Shown piece after piece: positions 12,148-22,123 of a stretch of 64,000 bases of DNA. The notes below the pieces were generated by a model. The model ran no database searches. It saw only the letters and a program-made list of their open reading frames with translations, and was not told the origin of the DNA. Made by a program: the position numbers and the translations under genes. Within the stretch, counting starts at the first letter, position 1; the number at the start of each line of letters is the position of its first letter. Source of the stretch: Escherichia phage fEgEco12; sequence record PP777464.1; one strand, written 5' to 3'.

Positions 12148-13305
12148 TTATGCGTTATAACCAACAATGACTACAGTACAGCCAAATGGTTCAACAACTT
12201 TTAATACAACATTATCATCGGCATCTAGTTCAACTTCACTTAGTACAACGTGATTGTCTTCAGCATAGACTTGAACTTGTGGGAGGATTTTACCATGTTC
12301 ACTGGCAGGAATGGACAGTGTGTACATAGAATCACCATCATCTACCCAATCACTATCAGTATACGTGTTGTGATATGGAGTGGTGTGTAAGGTTTTACCA
12401 ATAATACTCAATGAGATTGGAGCATCATCAGTTTGGTACACAGTAATATTACCGCTAGGATCTACAATGAGGTCTACTCCAATTTGGAATAAATCACCAC
12501 TGTATGCTTGTAGAGCAAGATACTCACCACGTTCATGCACAGTAGCTGGTACAGTTGCCATGTACATACCATCGGACGTGTACTCAAACTGAGATAGAAG
12601 TACTGAAGTAACGAAGTCAATATCTTCGCCGCTTTCTAGTATATCAAATTCAATAGTTTTGGTATTATATATGTCAGAAGTGAGTATGATGGTTCCTTTA
12701 CCGGATTGAGTAATTGGATCAACTGGAATACTAAAAACATCATCAATTATTTCAGTTGTGAAGTACTCGGTTCCGTCAGGAAGTATAACGGTAATACGCA
12801 TTCCAGTTGTATCAATGGCTGAACCTGCGTTGAATAGGCGACCACCTACCAAATCATCACCTACGAACGTTGGGAACATAAGGATGTTGTCTATATCTCT
12901 ATCTATAATCCCGCATTCAGGGGTGTACATATTATATAGTGTTTGTGAACTACCTAGAATTGTTTTGTGCAAAAGAAACTTATAAACAAACCCAGTAGGA
13001 TCTGATTCAAGTTTAGCATCTGAGTATCCTCTTACGAAAAAAGAGTTCTTTCTTATTTCACTTAGGATTTGGTCATTAGTTTTGTTGTAGTTTAATTGAT
13101 ATCCTTGTATATCCTTTGTTGTAATTTGTACTTTACGATAAATTACATTACTTACAGGATCAAGTAAATCATATAATCTATGGCTTCTCTGACGATAGAT
13201 TCGAACATTTTTGAGTTTAGTCCCATCGTTGAGAATTGCACCATCGACTACATATCCACATTCACCGAACTTATATTGTCCAGCAGCAGCAATCGATCTT
13301 GACAT
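12148..13305 (-). CDS. hypothetical protein (only minus-strand gene outside the cassette array)
   Basis: 385-aa ORF, GGAGGG RBS, TATAAT-containing AT box upstream. Confidence 0.65.
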   Translation of the reverse strand: MSRSIAAAGQYKFGECGYVVDGAILNDGTKLKNVRIYRQRSHRLYDLLDPVSNVIYRKVQITTKDIQGYQLNYNKTNDQILSEIRKNSFFVRGYSDAKLESDPTGFVYKFLLHKTILGSSQTLYNMYTPECGIIDRDIDNILMFPTFVGDDLVGGRLFNAGSAIDTTGMRITVILPDGTEYFTTEIIDDVFSIPVDPITQSGKGTIILTSDIYNTKTIEFDILESGEDIDFVTSVLLSQFEYTSDGMYMATVPATVHERGEYLALQAYSGDLFQIGVDLIVDPSGNITVYQTDDAPISLSIIGKTLHTTPYHNTYTDSDWVDDGDSMYTLSIPASEHGKILPQVQVYAEDNHVVLSEVELDADDNVVLKVVEPFGCTVVIVGYNA

Positions 13306-13421
13306 TCATCCCTCCATTGGTATAATTATTATAACGTATTTATTCTAGATAGGTAAAAAAGCACCTTGACTGAGTTGTGTTTTTGACGTATACTTAAATG
13401 GAATATCAATAAGGGGATTTT

Positions 13422-14006
13422 ATGAGTGTTGTAGAAAAACGTTTAGTACTGAAAAATGGTAAAATGACTGTTAAGCTATACAAAGATGAAGCTGATTCTT
13501 TTATGGCTAAAGCAATTGAGAAATCCGAACGATATAAAATTCTTGCACCTGCAAGTAAATCGCCGTATGGGTTTAATCACGCTCACAGTCATTTTGTTGG
13601 TATGGTATGTGAACATGCTTCATTTGTACTTTTTAATGAAATTGAAAACTATTCAGGTATTGCACTTAACATCGATCCAGCGTTCCAAAGTGATGGACGT
13701 GATGGGGAATGTGATATCAAAGTAAACAACTTAAGAATTGAAGTGAAAGGTATCAAGTACAAATCGTGGACCGACTTTGGACCATGTGTTAGTACTCGAC
13801 AGTTAAAAAATATACAGAAAAAAGCTGACGTTATTCTGTGGGTATTGTATAATGAGAAAAAGCAAGAATTCACATTTGAGGGATTCAACTATGTAAAAGA
13901 CATTAGTTCGATTCCAGTTGTGCTAACAGGTGTACCAGGGCGACCAATGATTGAAAATCACCCAGTACTGAGTATTATTAAACCACTTCAGGAGTTACCA
14001 TTATGA
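13422..14006 (+). CDS. hypothetical protein, possible PD-(D/E)xK-like nuclease
   Basis: 194-aa ORF; DGRDGECDIKV motif is only suggestive. Confidence 0.5.
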   Translation: MSVVEKRLVLKNGKMTVKLYKDEADSFMAKAIEKSERYKILAPASKSPYGFNHAHSHFVGMVCEHASFVLFNEIENYSGIALNIDPAFQSDGRDGECDIKVNNLRIEVKGIKYKSWTDFGPCVSTRQLKNIQKKADVILWVLYNEKKQEFTFEGFNYVKDISSIPVVLTGVPGRPMIENHPVLSIIKPLQELPL

Positions 14007-14230
14007 TTCAGGCAACTGTATATCAAGATATTAATGAAGAATTTAATTCTAAAATTGCATTTTTATCCTTTCCCGTATTGCCAGCTATTGGTGCTACGTT
14101 GAATCTTACAATCTGTGGCTTTGAAAAATACTATGAAGTACTAGATATTGAGTACTGTGCAGATGTTTATTCATGCAACAGTGAGATTGCTATTCCTGTG
14201 CAAATCGACATTATTGTAAAAGAGGTTTGA
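14003..14230 (+). CDS. hypothetical small protein
   Basis: 75-aa ORF, ATGA overlap. Confidence 0.45.
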   Translation: MIQATVYQDINEEFNSKIAFLSFPVLPAIGATLNLTICGFEKYYEVLDIEYCADVYSCNSEIAIPVQIDIIVKEV

Positions 14231-14691
14231 TTATGTTTAAACACTTTCTAGTAATCACTGCTGTTGTATTCAGTACTTCCTGCTTTGTAGCACCAGTACA
14301 TGCGGAAGACCAGCGTCAAACAATCAAGACGATTGGAACAGGGAAAGCCCAACCAAAACGTACTGCTGAAGAATACATGCCTGAGATGCGTGAACGTTAC
14401 CGCCAGCAATACCGTGAAAAACATGCTAATGATAAGCCTATCAAAAAGCATAAATGGAATGTAGTCAAATCGCCATCGTTCTGTGCTGGGTATGCTAAGG
14501 TTAAGGATGAACAGCACAACAAACAGTACTATAAAGATATGTACACATTCTATGATTCGAGGATCTCGGATGATGACATGATGGCTGCTAAGGTTGATAA
14601 AGAAGAATTTCTTCAGGGTTATGACATGACCGATGATGACAAGATCATGGAATGTGTTGAAGTATATGAAAAATACAGAGGTTTTGAATGA
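14227..14691 (+). CDS. secreted protein (signal peptide)
   Basis: hydrophobic N-terminus ending VHA-EDQ. Confidence 0.55.
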   Translation: MIMFKHFLVITAVVFSTSCFVAPVHAEDQRQTIKTIGTGKAQPKRTAEEYMPEMRERYRQQYREKHANDKPIKKHKWNVVKSPSFCAGYAKVKDEQHNKQYYKDMYTFYDSRISDDDMMAAKVDKEEFLQGYDMTDDDKIMECVEVYEKYRGFE

Positions 14692-15131
14692 CACTTTTGC
14701 TGATTCTAGGTTTATTAGTGTCATATTTCATTTTTCTTAACATCTTCTCTGATGCATCACATTTTGCATATGCTTCAGCTATTGCAAAACACGAAGGGAT
14801 AAAGAAGTATATTCCTGCATTGTTATTCTCATATATGTACCATCCAAGGTACTTTACACTAGGTGTGTTTGACAAGTATGTATACGACGAAAAAGCACTC
14901 AATGAAATTGAATACTTTGTAAGAACTCATGCTAATAACAATACAAAATCATTAATTAACTTTACTGATAATCGTAAACGTGTTAGTATTAGAAGTGACT
15001 TGTATCCTACCAGTCACTTTCATCTAGGCGATTGTAGTGTGTACAGGGTTAGATACGAAAACTTACTGTTACCACCATCACATATAAGATACATAGAAAA
15101 ATACTTGTTGAAATGTGTTGACTCCAAATAG
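14688..15131 (+). CDS. hypothetical membrane-anchored protein
   Basis: 147 aa, N-terminal hydrophobic helix. Confidence 0.5.
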   Translation: MTLLLILGLLVSYFIFLNIFSDASHFAYASAIAKHEGIKKYIPALLFSYMYHPRYFTLGVFDKYVYDEKALNEIEYFVRTHANNNTKSLINFTDNRKRVSIRSDLYPTSHFHLGDCSVYRVRYENLLLPPSHIRYIEKYLLKCVDSK

Positions 15132-15184
15132 TAAATGGCAGTATAATAGCTTCGTACCGCAATAACTGACAAGAGGATTTAACG

Positions 15185-15643
15185 ATGGACGTATTAGCTA
15201 CTCAATTCAAACGCAACGCAGAAGAACGCGAAGGTTACCTAAGTATCAGTGAAGTGGTTGAAGATGGATTCAAGCAGTACATTTTCAACAGTGCAATTAA
15301 ACTGAAGCCAACAAAAGATTCACCGGATCGCAGCTTCACAAAGTGGATTGCATTCTGGGAAGAGTCACCAATTGCAATCGAAATGACTGTCATTACTACA
15401 GTACTGGAAACTGGTTACATCAAAGCAATTGTAGTTGATAAGAAAGTTCGTACTCTTGATGAAATCGGGACATATCCAGCACGTAACTCTAAAGTATTTG
15501 GGTGTTTAGTTGATGGTAAGTTTATGATTGAAAAAGATGCTAAGAACTATGTAATTGATAAACTACAAACCAGTGCTACTAAACAGGAAGTCGTAGACCA
15601 GAACGCAGTGGATGCTATTAAAAAGGCATGGGGACTGAAATAA
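15185..15643 (+). CDS. hypothetical protein
   Basis: 152-aa ORF. Confidence 0.55.
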   Translation: MDVLATQFKRNAEEREGYLSISEVVEDGFKQYIFNSAIKLKPTKDSPDRSFTKWIAFWEESPIAIEMTVITTVLETGYIKAIVVDKKVRTLDEIGTYPARNSKVFGCLVDGKFMIEKDAKNYVIDKLQTSATKQEVVDQNAVDAIKKAWGLK

Positions 15644-16065
15644 TGTTCACACTTAGCAATGCAAAGTATCTATTTCTTATTGCTATTATTGGTTGGGTTA
15701 TGGCTCCAGTGCTTAATGCACTGGGGTTTCTAGACGGACATAAACTTGTAAATGTTTCAGGTGTAATCCAGGGCATTTCATGGTATTCATTGATTATATT
15801 TTCTATATGTATTCATACATTTGCACGTGATTACCGCCGTCTGCTTTTTGTTAAAGTATTCGGTACTAAGAGATATAGTTTTGTGTTTACATTTATTTTA
15901 ATACCATGTATTATCTATGCTTTTGTATTTGATTACTATACTTATCTGTGGGTGTGTGGTTCTATGTTTGTTATGTTGGAATATACAAGAACTGTTCAAA
16001 ACTCATATGCTGATGAGTATTATGATCTTGAAGTTAAACGAAAATTAACGGAGCTAAACAAATGA
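15643..16065 (+). CDS. integral membrane protein
   Basis: multiple hydrophobic segments; internal ATG of track ORF 15628. Confidence 0.5.
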   Translation: MFTLSNAKYLFLIAIIGWVMAPVLNALGFLDGHKLVNVSGVIQGISWYSLIIFSICIHTFARDYRRLLFVKVFGTKRYSFVFTFILIPCIIYAFVFDYYTYLWVCGSMFVMLEYTRTVQNSYADEYYDLEVKRKLTELNK

Positions 16066-16487
16066 GGGGATACAATAAGATTTGTATTTTTGTATTTTTA
16101 GTTTGTGCAATCAATACATTTGGATATTACTGTACTGAAAACAACATTTCATATGGTTTAAATCCTTTGTGGTTTACAATTGCCAATGTAGCACAAATTG
16201 GTATTGCTGTTATGTCTGCACTTATGTTCTGTCCAATTGTCACTATGGATACTGATCATGAAAGGCTTGGATTTATCCGTGATACTGGAGACGAACCTTA
16301 CAGTAGATTGATTGTGTTGTATCCATTTATTGTTATTTTAGGTACTAACATCCAACTTGGGTCTTTATCTAATAGTGTTACTTCAGCAGCCATTACAGTC
16401 TTTGCATTCACATTTTTTATGGTACACAAATCAGTACTCAAATGGCACATCACCAAAATGGCAGAGAAAGGTACGGAAAACAGTTGA
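16062..16487 (+). CDS. integral membrane protein
   Basis: 141 aa, multiple hydrophobic segments. Confidence 0.5.
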   Translation: MRGYNKICIFVFLVCAINTFGYYCTENNISYGLNPLWFTIANVAQIGIAVMSALMFCPIVTMDTDHERLGFIRDTGDEPYSRLIVLYPFIVILGTNIQLGSLSNSVTSAAITVFAFTFFMVHKSVLKWHITKMAEKGTENS

Positions 16488-16546
16488 CGTGAGTTATTGA
16501 GTCATATATAATTATTACATCAAAACGGGGAAATGGTAAGGAACTT

Positions 16547-16798
16547 ATGAACATCGATAAGGTCAAAGAACTTAGTGAAGCACTAATTAAGAACGAAGAA
16601 GCTTGTGAAGAACTTCGCAGTACTATCAAAGTTGAGTACGCACGTCTTCAAGCTATGCTTCAGGAATCCGAATGGGTTGTAACTAAATCCATCGAAGCTA
16701 TCTATAAGGATATCGAATCCCTTTTCAATAAGAAAAGTAAGTTTGAATCTGATTCATATAACAAGCGTAAAGAATTGAATTCAGTACTCGGTATCTAA
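16547..16798 (+). CDS. hypothetical protein
   Basis: 83-aa ORF. Confidence 0.5.
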   Translation: MNIDKVKELSEALIKNEEACEELRSTIKVEYARLQAMLQESEWVVTKSIEAIYKDIESLFNKKSKFESDSYNKRKELNSVLGI

Positions 16799-16872
16799 AA
16801 GTATTTGACTTAAACAATAACATGGAGTACAATGTGCTCCTAATTTAATTATCAGCTAAAAAGGAAAACATT

Positions 16873-17133
16873 ATGAAATCTATTCTCGTTGCAGTTAACC
16901 TGGTTGCTTCCCCATCTTTTAACTTCAAACAAGTTGTTGCTGATAATCTGAAGAAGATCTGTCCAAACGCTGAATTGACTTTCTGTGTGTTTGATTCAGA
17001 AAAAGTAACTAAAGTTGATCTAAACTATCTTTTGAACGAAGTACAAAGTATTTCTGGTGAAAGTAATTTGAAAGTACTGAATACGGTTGCTGATGACTAT
17101 GATGATACACTGGTAATTTCGGAGAAATTCTAA
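16873..17133 (+). CDS. hypothetical protein
   Basis: 86-aa ORF after AAGGAAA. Confidence 0.5.
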   Translation: MKSILVAVNLVASPSFNFKQVVADNLKKICPNAELTFCVFDSEKVTKVDLNYLLNEVQSISGESNLKVLNTVADDYDDTLVISEKF

Positions 17134-17138
17134 ATCCA

Positions 17139-17558
17139 ATGCTTAGATTTATACATTACTTAATCAGTAAGTTCTTTGGTTATTATACTATTGAAGGTAA
17201 AGCTACGCTTGCACATAAAATCTTTGTAGCATTATGTGTGGGTGATTATGACGTATTGAATAAGTACTGTAAATCTAAAGCATGTATTGACATAATGGCA
17301 CTTCGTATCTATGAGTGTCAGTTCAATAGATATAATTTTTACCAGTACAGGTATGATAAAGATGATTTTGATAGCATTGAAATGCTAAAGAATTTATGTA
17401 ATAATAAAAAGAATATGCATATATCTGAATTTGTTGCATTGTATTTTTATTTAAAAAGTTCATTATACATGAATACACTACAACGCTTCGATACTAGAAT
17501 TAATGTATTCAACGATAAAGAATTTTATATCTATGATAAATTTTTAGATAAGGTTTAA
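17139..17558 (+). CDS. hypothetical protein
   Basis: 139-aa ORF. Confidence 0.5.
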   Translation: MLRFIHYLISKFFGYYTIEGKATLAHKIFVALCVGDYDVLNKYCKSKACIDIMALRIYECQFNRYNFYQYRYDKDDFDSIEMLKNLCNNKKNMHISEFVALYFYLKSSLYMNTLQRFDTRINVFNDKEFYIYDKFLDKV

Positions 17559-17559
17559 T

Positions 17560-18057
17560 ATGACAACTGTTTATATTGATAAACGCTTGGGAGTATTACT
17601 TACTGATTCAAAAGTGACATCAACTGAGCAACGTTCATTTTTGAACCTATTCCCGTTGAAACCAAAACTTAGTTATGGTGTAGTTTCACAAAAAACATTG
17701 TATGTACACGACCGACTGTTTAGTGCTTGCGGTGAAGTTAGTGAAATTAACAAAGTACTGAGATACTTGATTTCACAAGAGACTGTGATACCAGACCGCA
17801 AGGCGAGTTGTCACTGTGTTCTTGTGTCAAAAGATTACATCATTCACTTAATCGTTAATAAGGGTAAGTTTGCCAAGAAGATTGATTATCTACATAATGA
17901 TTATACATTCTTTATGGGTAGTGGTGGTGAATACATGCTTGATGCAGCAGTACATGAAGAGTATAATACTCTTCTTGATAAGGTATTTGATACCTTCATG
18001 GATGTTCATAACCATGATATCTATACCGATGATAATATTAATGTATACCGTTTTTGA
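17560..18057 (+). CDS. hypothetical protein
   Basis: 165-aa ORF. Confidence 0.55.
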   Translation: MTTVYIDKRLGVLLTDSKVTSTEQRSFLNLFPLKPKLSYGVVSQKTLYVHDRLFSACGEVSEINKVLRYLISQETVIPDRKASCHCVLVSKDYIIHLIVNKGKFAKKIDYLHNDYTFFMGSGGEYMLDAAVHEEYNTLLDKVFDTFMDVHNHDIYTDDNINVYRF

Positions 18058-18079
18058 TTTCATTCATTAGGAGAAGTAA

Positions 18080-19048
18080 GTGAAAAAGCTTGATTTAAAT
18101 GCAATTTCTGAAGAAGTACTGGATGAGTGTTTTGCTAGTGAAGAAGTCAACGTATTAGAGGCTCTTGATTCCGTCGAAGAAGAAGAAGAACATGACGGTC
18201 ACAAGTTTGAGAAACCAAAAACAGGTATCAGCTTAACTCGCCCTAAAGGGATAACGAATGAAATGCTCATCCAAGCAGTGCGTGATGGTATTGACGTTGA
18301 AAAGAACATTGACCTTTTGGTTCGCTACAACTATCCAATGGTAGTAAGTGTTGCACGTAAGTGTACATGTTTTATCCCATTTGAAGATAAGATTTCTTAT
18401 GGTGTTGAAGGTTTAATGCGAGCAATTCATACGTTCGACACTACCAAAAATGTTAAGTTCATTACATATGCAACAACAACTGTGTACATGACAATCTATA
18501 ACGAAAGTGCAGATGCTAATTATCTAGTGCATTTCCCACGTTATATGAGTGTTAATAACATTTATGTGAAACGTTGTGTAGAAGAGTATCAAAGGAAACA
18601 TGGTAAATACCCAACTCCTGAGATGGTGTCAAAAGAGACTGGTATTGAGATTCAACACGTTAAGAATTGTCTAACTTACAATAACACTTATGTAGCATTG
18701 AATATGAAAATGAGTAATGATTCAGAAAGTACATTATCTGACATTGTTACTTCAGTTGAACCTGATTACAACTTAGGCGTAGAAACTGTCAGTACCCCAC
18801 TGGTACAAAGTATTGCAGAAATGATGAGTAACCTATCTGCCAAAGACCGTGAATTGATTGAACGTGTACATGGTATTGGTTCTTATTCTGAACCAGAAAC
18901 GCTACGAGAAATCATTGAGAGTGGTTTTGAAGATGAGAAGGGTAAGGTCATGACTGCTCGTTCTTCATTGCACCGTAAGTACTCTGAAGCAATGGAACGA
19001 CTGCGTAAGATGGTTAAGACAAAAGGTTATGAGTTCGAAGATTTTTAA
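18080..19048 (+). CDS. sigma-70-family RNA polymerase sigma factor-like protein
   Basis: GTG start after AGGAG; region-2-like GVEGLMRAIHTFD...FITYATT; region-4-like C-terminal HTH. Confidence 0.55.
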   Translation: MKKLDLNAISEEVLDECFASEEVNVLEALDSVEEEEEHDGHKFEKPKTGISLTRPKGITNEMLIQAVRDGIDVEKNIDLLVRYNYPMVVSVARKCTCFIPFEDKISYGVEGLMRAIHTFDTTKNVKFITYATTTVYMTIYNESADANYLVHFPRYMSVNNIYVKRCVEEYQRKHGKYPTPEMVSKETGIEIQHVKNCLTYNNTYVALNMKMSNDSESTLSDIVTSVEPDYNLGVETVSTPLVQSIAEMMSNLSAKDRELIERVHGIGSYSEPETLREIIESGFEDEKGKVMTARSSLHRKYSEAMERLRKMVKTKGYEFEDF

Positions 19049-19055
19049 GATTAAA

Positions 19056-19081
19056 GGGTTGACTTCGGTCAGCCTTTTTTT
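19056..19081 (+). terminator. rho-independent terminator, UUCG tetraloop hairpin plus T-run
   Basis: GGGTTGAC-TTCG-GTCAGCC then TTTTTTT. Confidence 0.75.
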
Positions 19082-19089
19082 ATGGGACA

Positions 19090-19610
19090 AATTTATTAAT
19101 GGTGATACAATGATCTATGTACAATCACAATGACAGTACTGGTACTGACAATCTTCCCCTACTTCACTTGAAAATGTAAAGGATAGATGAGCTTTTCATT
19201 GTAGCGAACAGCAAAAGAAACCCGTTAGATGTGGGCATAGTTTGAACCCCTCACGGCAATGCGGCTGTATAAAGAACCACGTTAGGATAGCTGGTGGTTC
19301 CTCGATAGACATATAAGGATAACACCTTACGAATTATCTAAGGGAGAGTTATCGAATTTTGTACAGGAAAGTTGCGTCCAAAATTTGAGTACTCACATTA
19401 AGTATTTGATTGCATAGATACTTAATGAAGATACACTATGTTTAAAAGTGTAGACCGTCATATGAAACTGAAGTAGAGAGAAACAGGATGACCCGCTTTC
19501 GCACTCGTTATGAGTAATCTTCAATGCAATAGCTCTGATACCATCAGCGTCAAATTTCCCTCCGTGCGGGGGGGAAGAAAAATCCCTTCCTCAAATCCCG
19601 TCAATATTAA
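19090..19610 (+). ncRNA. candidate structured noncoding region (no ORF of 60 aa or more, several hairpins, locally GC-richer)
   Basis: for example GAACCAC-13 nt-GTGGTTC at 19274-19300 and a CCCTCC...GGGGGGG element near 19555. Confidence 0.3.
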
Positions 19611-19615
19611 AAGTC

Positions 19616-19644
19616 CTTGACAGTTATGATTCATTCGCGTAGAA
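19616..19644 (+). promoter_or_regulatory. sigma-70-like promoter TTGACA-N17-TAGAAT
   Basis: TTGACA 19616-19621, TAGAAT 19639-19644. Confidence 0.5.
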
Positions 19645-19709
19645 TACGTAGTATTAGAAGCGAACAGACATCTCGAAGAGATGGATGATTAACCACTAAG
19701 GAATATCTA

Positions 19710-19919
19710 ATGAATTCAGTAATCTTTTTAATTATTGCTCTTTCACCACAATCTGGTGTACAAATCACCCCAATGAATTCAATGAATCAATGCATTGCAG
19801 TACGTGACAGTACGTATGAACAAGTAAACAGCGTTTCACTTAGAACAGTTGGTGAAGAATTAATGTGGTGTTACAATAGTAATACTAAAGAAAAACTAAT
19901 TGTTGGACAAACAGAATGA
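19710..19919 (+). CDS. small protein with N-terminal hydrophobic segment
   Basis: 69-aa ORF. Confidence 0.5.
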   Translation: MNSVIFLIIALSPQSGVQITPMNSMNQCIAVRDSTYEQVNSVSLRTVGEELMWCYNSNTKEKLIVGQTE

Positions 19920-20143
19920 GTTATGGTGTTCGTTTTGAGATTCGTTCTATTGTTATCAATGACGAGAAACAAGCATCGTTGGATGGCGATATACGAGAAC
20001 TATATCTATCATGTATCCGTGCGAAATCTGAAGCAGATGCATTATCACAAATGATTGGTTTTAATTTCTTTCATGGATACTATTTGGTACGAGTTATCGA
20101 AGTTAAAAAAGTCACTTTTGAGTGTCTTGCTGGAGAAATATAA
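19916..20143 (+). CDS. hypothetical protein
   Basis: 75-aa ORF. Confidence 0.5.
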   Translation: MSYGVRFEIRSIVINDEKQASLDGDIRELYLSCIRAKSEADALSQMIGFNFFHGYYLVRVIEVKKVTFECLAGEI

Positions 20144-20145
20144 AA

Positions 20146-20939
20146 TGAGCACTATAGATGAATTGATTCGCCGGAATTCAAAATACTACGACCCATCAGA
20201 AATTGTCGGCAACATTACTAAATCTGAGTTCGGACCAAATACTCGAAAACTCATTCATGTAATGTCACGTGATGGCTTTAAATGTGATTGTTGTGGTGAA
20301 TCCAATGTGGTATTCACTTTACATAAGCACAGTACTAAAGACCGTTATAAATTCAGACCTTATGTACTTAAAGGGAAACGCCTTGTACGCATGACGTTAG
20401 ACCATAATGTACTGGACTGTCTTCAGGGCGGTAATGATAAAGAGAACATGACTGCATTGTGTGAGGATTGTAACGCATTACGCCAGCATAAGTTTGCTGA
20501 GTACAGTGAGTTTAAGCACTGGTATCATAACGCTGATCGTTCTATCGAGCCTGACGTTAACTACTGCTTCATTGAGTATATTAAGAATGCTAAAGATACA
20601 TACATTCTTAAATCAATGTCACCTATTACAGTGTTCCCTGAGAATCTATTCAGTACTATGCAGCGTGATTTTAAACGTGGTATCATTAATGCATTCAAAC
20701 ATTTAGACAAAGGTATCAAGCACTTTGAGGTGCAATGCTTAAATGAAGGAATGAATCGTTTAGTACAAATTTACATGAAATCATTTATAGGTGTTGACAC
20801 CGCACGTCTACCAGTATATAATTACTTTATTGAAAGCGAAGAAGGTGAATCTCTTCGTGATTATGGTGAAAGATTTAATAACAAAGTCTTCGCTGCAATA
20901 TCAAACGAGATTCATTACTATAAACCATATGTAATTTAA
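20146..20939 (+). CDS. HNH endonuclease-like protein
   Basis: CDCCG...LDHNVLDCLQGGNDKENMTALCEDCNALRQH; start moved to ATG 20146. Confidence 0.55.
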
Positions 20940-20953
20940 TTAGAGGATATATC

Positions 20954-21136
20954 ATGCAAATCATCATTCTTATCGTAGGTATCATTCTTGGTGTATATGG
21001 TCACTCCTGGATGAACGAGAAGTTCCCTAATACCCGTCCTGAGTATTGCAGTACTAATGTATTCCAGAATGGTGAGAAACCAAAGGATAGTATTGGTAAG
21101 AAACTGGACAAAGTACTTGACGTAATCAACGAATAA
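20954..21136 (+). CDS. small membrane-anchored protein
   Basis: 60-aa ORF. Confidence 0.45.
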   Translation: MQIIILIVGIILGVYGHSWMNEKFPNTRPEYCSTNVFQNGEKPKDSIGKKLDKVLDVINE

Positions 21137-21145
21137 GGGTAAAGT

Positions 21146-21346
21146 ATGTTTAAATCAAATACAAATGTTGGTAAGAAGGTTCAATTACTTGAGGATGTAT
21201 CCACCTTGAGTGGAATTTTCCCAAGAGGTCACATCATGACTATTATTGCCGAAACATCCCGTGGGTGGGATTTGGAAGATGCTGATGGTAATCGCATCCT
21301 TGAGGCTGGATTCAATGGTCATCGTGAATATAAAATCATTGATTAA
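21146..21346 (+). CDS. hypothetical protein
   Basis: 66-aa ORF. Confidence 0.5.
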   Translation: MFKSNTNVGKKVQLLEDVSTLSGIFPRGHIMTIIAETSRGWDLEDADGNRILEAGFNGHREYKIID

Positions 21347-21442
21347 GGATGCAACATGACTTTAGAGATTGTCTTTGGTATTGTTAGCTTAGTCGTCTGT
21401 GTGGGTTGGTTTGGGTATCTGATGATTTTTGGTGATTAATAC

Positions 21443-21470
21443 TTGACATAAGATATCAGTACTGTATAAT
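21443..21470 (+). promoter_or_regulatory. early promoter TTGACA-N16-TATAAT with extended -10 TG
   Basis: TTGACA 21443-21448, TGTATAAT 21463-21470. Confidence 0.6.
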
Positions 21471-21563
21471 GTTTATATCAAAGGGAATGCAGTGAAAGGA
21501 AAGACAGCATAATCGTACTCGTCACTGCGTTTCCACCCTTTTAAATTAAATGAGGAATTAACT

Positions 21564-21872
21564 ATGTTTCAAACTAACACTCAAGGTTTTGTAATCATCG
21601 ATTTGAACCAAAACAGCGGTTATTGGATGAAACCTACTGACGCATGTATGCAGTTTGATTTTTTAGGTTACAGGATTAGTGTAAGTACTGGTGCTTCTGT
21701 ACTGCGTGGTGGTTGTATCGTTGAACATCTGGTAACTGATCCAGAAGGTCGTGAGTATGAAATCGCAGGTTCAGTACAAGATGCCATTATGTTTGTATGT
21801 CAGCGTGAAATGAATAGTTCGAATTCAAATGCACTGACTCATGCTCTTTCTCAAGAAGTGGAGGTTCGTTAA
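21564..21872 (+). CDS. hypothetical protein
   Basis: 102-aa ORF. Confidence 0.55.
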   Translation: MFQTNTQGFVIIDLNQNSGYWMKPTDACMQFDFLGYRISVSTGASVLRGGCIVEHLVTDPEGREYEIAGSVQDAIMFVCQREMNSSNSNALTHALSQEVEVR

Positions 21873-22123
21873 TGAAATATATCGTAGCAGTACTCGTTGC
21901 ATTTTTACTCACTGCATGTGACGCTTCAACAAAAGAACGCACAAGTGATTTTATTCTCCCTATTGAATTACAAGAAGCAGGATGTAAGATTTATCGTATG
22001 CAAAAGGACGGTGCTGGTGTAACCTTGTATACAGTTTATTGCCCTAATGCAAATACCAGTACTGGATACAGCAGCGGTAAAACACGAATCAATACTTCAG
22101 TGATTAATGGAGTACAACAATGA
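21872..22123 (+). CDS. putative lipoprotein
   Basis: signal peptide with lipobox LTAC. Confidence 0.55.
   Translation: MKYIVAVLVAFLLTACDASTKERTSDFILPIELQEAGCKIYRMQKDGAGVTLYTVYCPNANTSTGYSSGKTRINTSVINGVQQ

Noticed and set aside
13486-13888. ORFs 13486-13725 (+) and 13649-13888 (-) nested in the 13422-14006 gene
   Set aside because: Fully nested alternative-frame ORFs without independent support.
20055-20145. Upstream start of the HNH endonuclease ORF at 20055
   Set aside because: Overlaps the preceding gene by about 90 nt; the ATG at 20146 follows the upstream stop directly.
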